Assembly (NCBI GenBank): GCA_046497075.1 | Contig: JAWOGF010000066.1 | Span: 3,786 to 67,785, forward strand | Source of the DNA: Candidatus Saliniplasma sp. | Lineage (GTDB): Archaea > Thermoplasmatota > Thermoplasmata > Halarchaeoplasmatales > Halarchaeoplasmataceae | Direction of reading: 5' to 3' | Length of the DNA stretch: 64,000 nucleotides | Shown: in pieces, positions 36,509 to 45,207 of the stretch | How the letters are laid out: each line of letters starts with the position of its first letter | Numbering within the stretch: position 1 is the stretch's first letter | Notes under the pieces: model-generated | The model's database searches: none | The model's input: the letters and a program-made list of their open reading frames with translations, nothing else | Told to the model about the DNA's origin: nothing | Made by a program: the position numbers and the translations under genes

Positions 36509-37501
36509 ATGGGAGAACCTTGGATATCGGCCAGTGATGTTGAAAAATATGGATACTGTCCTCTTAGTTGGTGGTTGAACGAGTCTGAGAAAGAAGTAAT
36601 AAATGAAAGTCTTAAAAAGGGTAGGGAAGAACACGAAAAGATCACAGGTGAGATAGACGAAGTGAGAGAAAAAGAAGAAGCTAATAAAAAGATAGAGAAT
36701 CTTATATTATGGTTGGCTATCTCCGCAACGCTACTTTCTATAGGTGGGCTTACCTTAGTAAGGCCAGAAAGGATATTCAGTCAGATTTTCCAGATAACTG
36801 CCTTGATCTGGCTATTAGTTGCTACTTTTTTCTTATTTATGAGTGAAAAGGGTGTGATAAATGAGGAGGAATTCAAAGCAGAACGTGTGATATTAGTTTT
36901 TGCTATGGTAGCTACTATTTTTGGGGTTTTAAGCCTTACTCTTCATTTATTGGACGATTATCTGGCAAGGATAACACAGATCGTGTCATTGATATGGTTA
37001 ATCGGTGCTAGCTACTGGCTTAAGCGATCTTTATCATTAGGTAGAGAGGTAAAGAGTAAGAAGGAAAAGCTGAACATGCCTGATGGAAAAGTAGAATATG
37101 TTGATATCTATGAAGAAAGCAGTAAACTGTTCTCCACGGAGAAGTATAGGTTGAGAGGTAGACCGGATTATGTAGTGGAAGAGGATGGTATCAAAATCCC
37201 GGTAGAGATAAAAACTGGACGGGTACCTAAAGGGCCATTTTTTTCACATATACTACAGATTGCGGCTTACTGTTTACTCATAGAAGAGGAAATAGGGAAA
37301 ACTCCCCCACATGGGATAGTCAAGTATGGTGATAAAGAATTTGAAGTAGAATATGATGATGATCTCAAAGAGTTGTTGTTAGAGAAACTGAGCGATATGA
37401 GAGAGATCTTTAAAACTGAGGATGTTCACAGGAATCATAATAGAGAGGGGAAATGTAGAAATTGTTCTAGACGTGAGATATGCCCAGAATCTTTAATCTA
37501 A
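36509..37501 (+). CDS. Cas4/RecB-like PD-(D/E)XK nuclease (DUF83-type 4-Cys cluster) with a 4-TM insertion
   Basis: 330 aa. N-terminal YGYCPLSWWL; core GRPDYVVEEDG, PVEIKTG, HILQIAAYCLLIEE; C-terminal CRNCSRREIC. Residues about 64-175 form four hydrophobic helices. Confidence 0.7.
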   Translation: MGEPWISASDVEKYGYCPLSWWLNESEKEVINESLKKGREEHEKITGEIDEVREKEEANKKIENLILWLAISATLLSIGGLTLVRPERIFSQIFQITALIWLLVATFFLFMSEKGVINEEEFKAERVILVFAMVATIFGVLSLTLHLLDDYLARITQIVSLIWLIGASYWLKRSLSLGREVKSKKEKLNMPDGKVEYVDIYEESSKLFSTEKYRLRGRPDYVVEEDGIKIPVEIKTGRVPKGPFFSHILQIAAYCLLIEEEIGKTPPHGIVKYGDKEFEVEYDDDLKELLLEKLSDMREIFKTEDVHRNHNREGKCRNCSRREICPESLI

Positions 37502-37810
37502 GTCCTCGTACTCTTCATCGTCTTCCAATTTTTTTTTGATCTTTTCAACGTCATCCTTCATCTTCAGCATCTCTTCTTCAAAAGTAGTGAATTGTCGAGT
37601 AGAAAAAATCCTATGTGAGATGAACATTCCAAAGAATACCGCTCCGATTATAGCAAGAATCGAGATGACGACTAAGCCGAAAACGAAAGTGTAGAAACCA
37701 GTTAAAATATCTTCCATCGGTATGATTCCGACCATCATAGCTACCGCTACTAGTCCCACCCCTACGATAATAGCTCCAAGCATCAATAAAGGTATAGGTA
37801 TCTTCCTCAT
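37493..37810 (-). CDS. Small membrane protein with acidic coiled-coil tail
   Basis: 105 aa, 3 TM helices, C-terminal EEEMLKMKDDVEKIKKKLEDDEEYEDLD. Its 3' end overlaps the Cas4-like gene tail-to-tail by 9 nt. Confidence 0.55.
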   Translation of the reverse strand: MRKIPIPLLMLGAIIVGVGLVAVAMMVGIIPMEDILTGFYTFVFGLVVISILAIIGAVFFGMFISHRIFSTRQFTTFEEEMLKMKDDVEKIKKKLEDDEEYEDLD

Positions 37811-37811
37811 T

Positions 37812-38264
37812 TTAGTCCTCCATTTTGTTAAATCTCTCTATGAAGGGAAGGTCTTCAGATTTGATATCTTCTTCATTTTCGTCTGGGTACGTAATAGTGA
37901 AACGATTAGGTGCCTCGTCATCATGAAAAGTTTCTACAGTAGCGTTAAAATTATACTCATCTTCTTCCCTATATACATCAGAATTTATTTCGAATTGTGT
38001 AAGGTTTGTTTCATACTCTATGGAGAAGGCATCTACTTTTTCGATGGTCTCATTGTTCACCTCTAAGACCAATCTATCATACATAACATCTTCGATACCG
38101 TGGATGAAGATAGCGGTTTTGTTTTTGCCCGTCTCCTGTTCGGAATAATCCAAAACGATTTTAGGAACATCATAAGCGGGAGGTTTAGGTGGTTCTGTAG
38201 TACATCCTACAAAGGACATACCTGCAAATAGGATGACCAGGATGAGCACCAATATTTTCTTCAT
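37812..38264 (-). CDS. Putative lipoprotein / secreted protein
   Basis: 150 aa. Signal peptide MKKILVLILVILFAGMSFVGC with a lipobox-like Cys. Lies 1 nt upstream of the 105-aa gene. Confidence 0.6.
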   Translation of the reverse strand: MKKILVLILVILFAGMSFVGCTTEPPKPPAYDVPKIVLDYSEQETGKNKTAIFIHGIEDVMYDRLVLEVNNETIEKVDAFSIEYETNLTQFEINSDVYREEDEYNFNATVETFHDDEAPNRFTITYPDENEEDIKSEDLPFIERFNKMED

Positions 38265-38400
38265 AGTATCATATCATATAAGGTAGTTTATTAATTTTAT
38301 TAATGGATTGAAAGCACGGGGATTTTATTGATATTATCCGAAATAAAAACCTTAAAATAAGTTAACAACGTATTATTATATTTGCAGAAGGGAGTATATA

Positions 38401-38643
38401 ATGTGTTCAAAGATAGAATGCATACTCGATGATAAATTGGGGTATGTGGTGCCCGTCATATATCGCATTCAGAAAGATAAGATGGGACTTCATGGAAGAG
38501 AAATACCTTCAGAATTAAAGGGTGAGTTCATTGAAGGCATGGTTAAACTAGGCAGGTCTGAGTTTGAGATTGAGATTGATGCACCGTCGTGTGAAAATAA
38601 ACTACGTGCGTTTATTGACAATGACAACTTGGACTTGGAATAG
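38401..38643 (+). CDS. Hypothetical 80-aa protein upstream of cphA
   Basis: The ORF ends 9 nt before the cphA ORF. No recognisable motif. Confidence 0.45.
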   Translation: MCSKIECILDDKLGYVVPVIYRIQKDKMGLHGREIPSELKGEFIEGMVKLGRSEFEIEIDAPSCENKLRAFIDNDNLDLE

Positions 38644-38652
38644 AAATTTAAT

Positions 38653-41328
38653 ATGTTCAGGTTATATTCTATGCCAAATCAAGGTATTCGTATATTGGAA
38701 AAGAAAATTCTTGAAGGGCCTAACATTCATGCCCTTCTTCCAGTTTTAGAGGTAACTCTAGACTTGGGAGATCCGAAGGAGGTATTTTCGACACTTTCGA
38801 GCGGACGTACAAAGGACCTATTGCTCAACTATTTTCCTGACCTTAAAGATCACAGATGTTCTACAGGTTATAAAGGTAGATCTATTGAGAGGTTAGAGAA
38901 ACGGACATATCAAGATCACGTCATCGAGCACCTAGCCCTTGTGATCCAGAACCTTGCGGGAGACGATGTGTCTTTTGGGAAGAGTATCCATGTTTCTGGG
39001 AGTAAATATAAAGTTATAATTGAATACGGGCATGAGGAGCTTGTAACTTATGCTATTGATAAGGCTGTAGAGGTTTGCAATAGGATACTACAAGGTGAGG
39101 AAGACTTAGAGGGTAACATCAACAGTATGATAAAAAAGGCTGAAAATATCTACATGAAGAGTAAGAAAGGACCAAGTACTAAAGCTATTTTAGATGCTGC
39201 AAAAGAATTTGAAATCCCTTATAGACATATACAGAAGGAATACAGCCTTTACTCGTTGGGGTGGGGTATTAAAAAAAAGCGTATTTGGGGGCCAGTTACT
39301 TCAGAAACACCTATGATATCATCGGATATTGCACAGAACAAGTTGGTGACCAAGAAGATACTTTATGAAACCGGTTTTCCGGTTCCTGAGGGAGAAAAAG
39401 TCACTTCTATGGGGGGTGCTGTAAAAGCTGCTGAAAAATTACGCTATCCTGTGATAATCAAACCTGTTGATGGGAATCATGGTGGGGGTGTGATTGGTGA
39501 CATTATGTCGAAAAAAGAAGTGGAAGAAGCATTTGAGATAACAAGACAGTATTCCGATACATTATTGGTAGAAGAGCACATACTAGGTGATGATTTCAGA
39601 TTTTTAGTTATAGATGATAAGGTTAGAGCAGTCGCTAAGAGGATACCCGCACATGTGGTCGGAGACGGTAAATCCTCTATAGAAGAGCTGGTAGAAAGGG
39701 AAAATGAGGATCCTCGTCGGGGCGAAGGCCATCAAAGTGTATTAACCAATATCAGGTTACGAAAGGAGGAAAAGAGGTTTTTAAGAACTCGAAGTTTATC
39801 ACCAGACTCAGTTCCTAACGAAGGTGAAAAAGTCTACCTTAGAGTCGGTGGTAATCTTAGTACAGGTGGGATATCAGAGGACTATACCGACCGGGTACAT
39901 CCTAAGCTGAAAAAGATCATCGAAAAGGCAAGTAGGATCGTCGGGATGGACCTAGCTGGGATCGACATCATCGCTGAAGACGTTACCACACACCCAGATA
40001 ATATGAAGTGGGGTATCATAGAAGTAAATGCGAGTCCGGGATTAAGGATGCATACTAATCCTGCTATAGGTGAATCTGTTGATGTAGGGAGATACATTAT
40101 AGACCATTTATATCCCAACAAAGAGGGTAGGATACCTCTGGTAGCTGTAACTGGAACCAATGGAAAGACGACCACTTCTCGCCTGATAGAGTGGATCGCT
40201 AGGAGAAAAGGGTATGGAACGGGTATGGCAGTCACAGGTGGTATATATTTTGATGGGGAGCAATTTGTAGAAGGAGATACTACGGGTCCATGGAGTGCTA
40301 GAGTGGTTTTGGATAACCCAGAGGTCGGATACGCGGTACTGGAAACAGCTAGAGGCGGGATTTTAAGGGATGGCCTTGGTTTCGATAAAAGTACTGTGAG
40401 TGTTGTCACTAATATCAAGGAGGATCATATTGGTATTGATGGTATTGAGACTTTAGAGGATATATTCGATGTAAAATCTCTTTTACTGAAGGTAACACAA
40501 AAAGGTGGGTACTGTGTTTTTAACGGAAATGATAGGTTTGCCGAGAGACTGTTAGATAGATGTAGAGGTATTCCTTTCATATTTGCAGTAGACAAGGATG
40601 ACAGGGTTTCTTTTTTTATTGAACAAGATATCAAAACTCTGGTTATAGAAGACTCGAGTATCGTGCTTTACGATGATGGTGAACCCGAAATTCTTGTGGA
40701 TATCGCTGACATCCCGTATCTCATGGATGGTGTGAGGATGTGGTTAGAGAATACATTAGCTGCTATGGCCGCGAGTTATGCTTCTGGGATACCTATGGAA
40801 TCTATTATCGAAAGCTTGAAAAATTTTTCAATGGACGAAGAGATGAATCCAGGACGGGCAAATACTTTTGAATTTGAAGACTCCTTTGTAGTCTTAGATT
40901 ATGCACATAATATTGATGGAATCAAAGCACTTGGAGAGTACTCAGATCATTTACCGGGCGGCACAACGATGATCGCACTTACTGTTCCCGGGGATAGAGA
41001 TGATGAATTTATAAGGGAGTGTGGTAAAGAAGCAGGTGAAATCTTTGACATAGTAATATGTACTGAGAACGAGAAAGTGATGAGAGGTAGAAACGAAGGT
41101 GATATATGCAATTTAATTGCAAGGGGTGTTTTAGATAATGGTGGAAATACCCCAATCACGATACCAAATAAGTTCAAAGCTGTAGAGTTTGCGTTGGAAA
41201 ATAGAGATATAGGTGACAAACTGATATTTGCGGATTTGGATATGACATCTGAAGACATATCGAATATATTATCAAAAAATGGTGATAACCATCGTCTAAA
41301 ACCTTTCAACATCAGGAGGAATAATTAA
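38653..41328 (+). CDS. cphA: Cyanophycin synthetase (CphA1-type: N domain + ATP-grasp + Mur-ligase-like domain)
   Basis: 891 aa. N domain LEGPNIH...HRCSTGYKGRSIERLEKRTYQDHVIEHLALVIQNLAG. ATP-grasp KKILYETGFPVPEG...YPVIIKPVDGNHGGGV...IEVNASPGLRMH. Mur-ligase P-loop VAVTGTNGKTTTSRLI. The true start may be Met7 (38671). Confidence 0.9.
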   Translation: MFRLYSMPNQGIRILEKKILEGPNIHALLPVLEVTLDLGDPKEVFSTLSSGRTKDLLLNYFPDLKDHRCSTGYKGRSIERLEKRTYQDHVIEHLALVIQNLAGDDVSFGKSIHVSGSKYKVIIEYGHEELVTYAIDKAVEVCNRILQGEEDLEGNINSMIKKAENIYMKSKKGPSTKAILDAAKEFEIPYRHIQKEYSLYSLGWGIKKKRIWGPVTSETPMISSDIAQNKLVTKKILYETGFPVPEGEKVTSMGGAVKAAEKLRYPVIIKPVDGNHGGGVIGDIMSKKEVEEAFEITRQYSDTLLVEEHILGDDFRFLVIDDKVRAVAKRIPAHVVGDGKSSIEELVERENEDPRRGEGHQSVLTNIRLRKEEKRFLRTRSLSPDSVPNEGEKVYLRVGGNLSTGGISEDYTDRVHPKLKKIIEKASRIVGMDLAGIDIIAEDVTTHPDNMKWGIIEVNASPGLRMHTNPAIGESVDVGRYIIDHLYPNKEGRIPLVAVTGTNGKTTTSRLIEWIARRKGYGTGMAVTGGIYFDGEQFVEGDTTGPWSARVVLDNPEVGYAVLETARGGILRDGLGFDKSTVSVVTNIKEDHIGIDGIETLEDIFDVKSLLLKVTQKGGYCVFNGNDRFAERLLDRCRGIPFIFAVDKDDRVSFFIEQDIKTLVIEDSSIVLYDDGEPEILVDIADIPYLMDGVRMWLENTLAAMAASYASGIPMESIIESLKNFSMDEEMNPGRANTFEFEDSFVVLDYAHNIDGIKALGEYSDHLPGGTTMIALTVPGDRDDEFIRECGKEAGEIFDIVICTENEKVMRGRNEGDICNLIARGVLDNGGNTPITIPNKFKAVEFALENRDIGDKLIFADLDMTSEDISNILSKNGDNHRLKPFNIRRNN

Positions 41329-41329
41329 A

Positions 41330-42178
41330 TTACCAATCCTCTGGATGAGTCCCTTCAAATTTTTCATCGTAATACGGTTTATGTTTATACAGGTCATAAC
41401 CCCACCCGTTTCCTAATATATGGACTCTGATACCTTCTACACAGATGGGCTCTCGATATTTTATGTGGGGGATGTTAGATATCCCGATCTCTTTTCCATC
41501 TACTACTACGATATTTCGAGAACCTATAACAAAGAAATCTTTCTTTTCTAAATCCCAGAAAGCTGCGGTATCTTCTCCTAAACCCACACCTAGGATCCCA
41601 GGATGCTCCGTAACTACGTGAATCAATCTTGGGAATCTACCCCGGGCGGTAAAGTGTGTATCGATGACCGCATCTTCTATTATGTTGAGTCCTGGGGATA
41701 GTTCTACTTTTCCATGCAGTAGAGAATCTTTGCTTTTACCGTAGGCGATCATAGTTCTAGTCAGGCAGACCGAACCCGCGCTGGTGCCGCCTATGAAAGC
41801 TCCATTTTGAAATTTATCTTTTATAACATTCAATGATTCAGTTCCACCCAACAAAGAAGTGATCCTAAGTTGATTTCCACCTGTGAAGAAAAAAGCATCG
41901 CATTCATCGATTTCGTTTATCATGCTCTCTTTGTTCGCTTCTTCTCGGTCTTCGGGATAGATGATTTTAGTTTCGGTATCACCTGATTTGAAGAGATGTG
42001 AATATTTTTTTCCAGTCCTTATAGGATTCAAACTGGCTGATGGGATGATTCCGAGGGTGGGTGAGTGATCTAAATTGTCCCTGATCCTTTTTAAAAATTC
42101 TTCTATTATAGGTTCCCCTGGAAAGAAATCTAGATTACCACCAATCGTGACTATCTGACCTTTTGACATCTGTTTCAC
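41330..42178 (-). CDS. cphB: Cyanophycinase (peptidase S51)
   Basis: 282 aa. Motifs FFTGGNQLRI, Ser nucleophile GGTSAGS, DTHF, and GLGEDTA. Confidence 0.9.
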   Translation of the reverse strand: MKQMSKGQIVTIGGNLDFFPGEPIIEEFLKRIRDNLDHSPTLGIIPSASLNPIRTGKKYSHLFKSGDTETKIIYPEDREEANKESMINEIDECDAFFFTGGNQLRITSLLGGTESLNVIKDKFQNGAFIGGTSAGSVCLTRTMIAYGKSKDSLLHGKVELSPGLNIIEDAVIDTHFTARGRFPRLIHVVTEHPGILGVGLGEDTAAFWDLEKKDFFVIGSRNIVVVDGKEIGISNIPHIKYREPICVEGIRVHILGNGWGYDLYKHKPYYDEKFEGTHPEDW

Positions 42179-42376
42179 ACCATCTTTGATTTACGATACG
42201 GATTGGTCTCTCCATATATTAAAATACCTGAAAAAGTATCAATTTCGAACTTGTATTGGATGATGTAGTTTATCATCATTTCATGTTTCCTCATCTTCTA
42301 ACGAGTACTATTTTTGACTTGCTAGGATATAACTATTGTGCATGTTTACTGAAGTAAGAACAATTAACATCTTCTT

Positions 42377-42925
42377 ATGATTTTAAATCAAGGACATTTT
42401 AAGGACGTTTTGCCAGGAAAGGTTAAATCAGACCTTATGTCTTTAATCGAATGTATTGTGATCGACTTGAATATGAAAAAACCAACAGGTATATACAAAG
42501 TGATTGGAAGGATCCATCTGATATATAACTATATAATAATCAATATCATATGTTCCCCCTTACCACCTGGTAGGCTGAAAAACTGGCTTTTAAGAAGAAC
42601 AGGGATGGATGTGGGTAAAGATGCCTGGATAAATCCTCAGTGCGTTTTCGATCCATTGAACCCTAAAAAGATAACGATCGAAAACGGTGCTTTTCTAGGG
42701 TGGGGGTGTAGGTTGATGGCTCATGTTATAGTCCCCAGTGACGAAGGTGGTTACGATTATAAAGAAGGAAAAATTACGATCAAGTCTAAGGCTTTCGTCG
42801 GTGGATTTTCTACCGTACTCCCCTCTACAACGGTCGAAGGGATGCTTTACAATAATTCGTTGGCCAATAAGGATGTGCCAAAGGATGAAAAGTGGGCTGG
42901 AGTACCTGCCAAGCAAATCGGTTAG
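42377..42925 (+). CDS. Hexapeptide-repeat (LbH) acyl/acetyltransferase
   Basis: Left-handed beta-helix repeats (ITIENGAFLGWGCRLMAHV, ITIKSKAFVGGFSTVLPSTTV) ending in WAGVPAKQIG. The true start may be the internal MKKPTG (42473). Confidence 0.75.
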   Translation: MILNQGHFKDVLPGKVKSDLMSLIECIVIDLNMKKPTGIYKVIGRIHLIYNYIIINIICSPLPPGRLKNWLLRRTGMDVGKDAWINPQCVFDPLNPKKITIENGAFLGWGCRLMAHVIVPSDEGGYDYKEGKITIKSKAFVGGFSTVLPSTTVEGMLYNNSLANKDVPKDEKWAGVPAKQIG

Positions 42926-43040
42926 GGCCTGGTTTTTTTAATCAGCGAAATCACATCAATTTATTCGATGAAAAATCAACTTAAGCCCTATCAATATCAT
43001 TAAATAAGTTTTTAGGTATTTGAATATGAGGTGTAATCCC

Positions 43041-44186
43041 ATGAAAGATATTATGAAAGATTTCAGGTTTGGATTTCCAACTGAATTGGAATATGGTGTC
43101 GGAAAGATAGATATTTTAAGTGAAAAACTGAATTATTTTAATAAAGCACTCATCGTAACGGACGAGGGCATCGAGAAAACTGGTATTTTAGATAAAGTGG
43201 AATCGAAACTGTGGGATATGGATCTTAAGGTTTATTCGGATATTGAATCTAATCCAAAAGATTTTCACGTAGAAGAAGGAGCGGAAATAGCTCGAGATTT
43301 TGACCCTGAGGTCATCATAGCGCTTGGCGGTGGTAGTCCTATCGATTGTGCAAAAGGTATCGGGGTACTGCTGAGCGGGGGAAGAAAGGACGTAGGGGAC
43401 TATTATGGAAGTGATACGGTAGAGAGAGAGATCTTACCGTTTATAGCGATACCAACTACAGCTGGGACGGGCAGTGAAGTCACGTTCTCTTCCGTGATTA
43501 CGGACAGCGATTCTAACCTAAAAAAGAGTATTAGAAGTCCATTTATCGCACCCGATCTAAGCATCTTAGACCCGAAATTAACTACTAGTTTACCCGAAGA
43601 CTTGACGGCCTACTCAGGTATGGATGCTTTCACGCATGCTGTAGAAGCTTATACCGCCAGGAATGCAACTACCTTTTCGAACTGTTTTGCTCTATACTCG
43701 ATGGAACTTATTTTAGAAACTATCGAAAAGGCTGTCAAAGAACCCGACGACATCGAAGCAAGGGCCGCAATGCTTTTGGGTAGTACCATAGCTGGAGCCG
43801 CCTTCAACCACTCCGACGTGGCATCCGTCCACTGTATGGCCGAATCTTTAGGTGGGGCCTACGATGCACCTCATGGACTGTGCAATTCTATGATCCTCCC
43901 CTATGTTATGGATTACAACAGAGAATATTGTACCGAGAAATATGCTAAGGTGGCTGAATTGATGGGCTGTGAATTTAAAGACGCTGTAGAGGGAGTCCAA
44001 AAAGCCGTAGAAGGGATCAAAAAGTTAAACGAGAGATTGGATATGCCAAGCGTCGATAAGATAGGTGTTAGAGATAGTGATATCGAAGAATTGGCAAAGA
44101 TATCTGTTGATAACCTTTCCAATGAGAGTAACCCTAGACCCATGGATAAAGAAGATTATGAGATATTGTTCAGAAAGATATCTTAG
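43041..44186 (+). CDS. Iron-containing alcohol dehydrogenase family
   Basis: Motifs ALGGGSPIDCAKG, IAIPTTAGTGSEVT and the His cluster HAVEAY...HCMAESLGGAYDAPHG. The track ORF starts at TTG 43020; ATG 43041 has GAGGTG 8 nt upstream. Confidence 0.9.
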   Translation: MKDIMKDFRFGFPTELEYGVGKIDILSEKLNYFNKALIVTDEGIEKTGILDKVESKLWDMDLKVYSDIESNPKDFHVEEGAEIARDFDPEVIIALGGGSPIDCAKGIGVLLSGGRKDVGDYYGSDTVEREILPFIAIPTTAGTGSEVTFSSVITDSDSNLKKSIRSPFIAPDLSILDPKLTTSLPEDLTAYSGMDAFTHAVEAYTARNATTFSNCFALYSMELILETIEKAVKEPDDIEARAAMLLGSTIAGAAFNHSDVASVHCMAESLGGAYDAPHGLCNSMILPYVMDYNREYCTEKYAKVAELMGCEFKDAVEGVQKAVEGIKKLNERLDMPSVDKIGVRDSDIEELAKISVDNLSNESNPRPMDKEDYEILFRKIS

Positions 44187-44212
44187 AGTTGGTTCTTAGA
44201 GTTAGCTATGTT

Positions 44213-44911
44213 CTAATCATCCTCTAAAGCATAATCTACAGCGGCTTCAGCATGGATTCTAGTGGTATTGAATAAAGGACTACCGACTTCTTTTTGTGTG
44301 ATGTATAGTGGTATCTCAGTACACCCTAAAATTATGCCCTGTGCTCCACGGTCTAGTAGTTCATCGATCATTTCTAAAAGGTCTTTTTTCGAGGATGTTT
44401 TAACTTCTCCCTGGCAGAGTTCATTGTAGATGATGTCATGGACCTTATCCCTATTATGTTCCCTGGGTATCAGTACATCGATATCATGCTTTTCTTTCAT
44501 TCTTTTCTTGTAAAATTTACCTTCCATGACGTATTTAGTGCCGATCAGACCGACGGTGTCCATTTCTTTTTCTTTGATGACCCACGCGGTAGCATCTCCA
44601 ATATGTAAAACAGGTAAACCTACTCCTTTTTCTACTTCATCAGCCATCTTGTTCATGGTGTTAGCACAGATCAGCAAAAAGTCTGCTCCAGTATCTTTCA
44701 ATCCCTTCCCTGCTTTCACCATCATGTTTTCTAGTATTTTCCATTCTTCTTCTTCCTGGAACTTTATGATATCGTAAAAATCAAAGGAATATATAGCCAA
44801 TTCAGCGGAATGATCTTCACCGACCCTTTTTTTCATTTCTTCATTTATGATCCGATAATACTCAAGAGTTGATTCCCAACTCATACCGCCTATCAAACCT
44901 ATAGTTTTCAT
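44213..44911 (-). CDS. Aspartate/glutamate racemase family (aspartate racemase-like)
   Basis: 232 aa. Motif IGLIGGMSWESTLEYYR and two catalytic-Cys motifs, LICANTMN and ILGCTEIPL. Confidence 0.85.
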   Translation of the reverse strand: MKTIGLIGGMSWESTLEYYRIINEEMKKRVGEDHSAELAIYSFDFYDIIKFQEEEEWKILENMMVKAGKGLKDTGADFLLICANTMNKMADEVEKGVGLPVLHIGDATAWVIKEKEMDTVGLIGTKYVMEGKFYKKRMKEKHDIDVLIPREHNRDKVHDIIYNELCQGEVKTSSKKDLLEMIDELLDRGAQGIILGCTEIPLYITQKEVGSPLFNTTRIHAEAAVDYALEDD

Positions 44912-45036
44912 GATATCAAGAAGAAATAGGGTATGTTTGGTTTATAAATATTGAGTATCGTGGATTTTGTGAAAAAATGGGTTCTCAAGAATGCTGAAGC
45001 ATTCTCTTATCTCATTAAAAATATAAAATTTTATAA

Positions 45037-45110
45037 TGGGCTCAGCCGGGTTCGAACCGGCGACCTCCGCCATGTGAAGGCGACGTCATGACCAACTAGA
45101 CTATGAGCCC
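45037..45110 (-). tRNA. tRNA-Val (anticodon CAC)
   Basis: The reverse complement folds as GGGCTCA/TGAGCCC acceptor, anticodon arm TCGCC-TTCACAT-GGCGG and T-arm GCCGG-TTCGAAC-CCGGC. Followed on the minus strand by a T-rich tract. Confidence 0.9.
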
Positions 45111-45132
45111 TATAAATTCTGTATATTGCTTA

Positions 45133-45142
45133 CATTTAAAAG
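45133..45142 (-). promoter_or_regulatory. Putative TATA box for tRNA-Val
   Basis: TTTAAA lies 25-30 nt upstream of the tRNA 5' end on the minus strand. Confidence 0.35.
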
Positions 45143-45207
45143 TATTTTCTTTTAAAATCATATAAAACACAAAGTTTTTTATATACCGCTTCATCAGAGT
45201 ATTCAAG

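Noticed and set aside
36509-37501. Cas4-like gene as evidence of a CRISPR-Cas locus
   Set aside because: No repeat-spacer array and no cas1, cas2 or effector genes anywhere in the window. Solo Cas4-family nucleases are common outside CRISPR loci.
38564-38749. 61-aa plus-strand ORF bridging the small upstream ORF and the cphA start
   Set aside because: It is out of frame with and overlaps both better-supported ORFs, and it has no motifs.
44980-45010. Inverted repeat AGAATGCT-GA-AGCATTCT downstream of tRNA-Val (minus strand) as a regulatory element
   Set aside because: It is a short 8-bp stem in the spacer between the tRNA and the racemase promoter. It is plausibly just a transcript-end hairpin after the T-rich tract, and there is not enough evidence to call it a feature.
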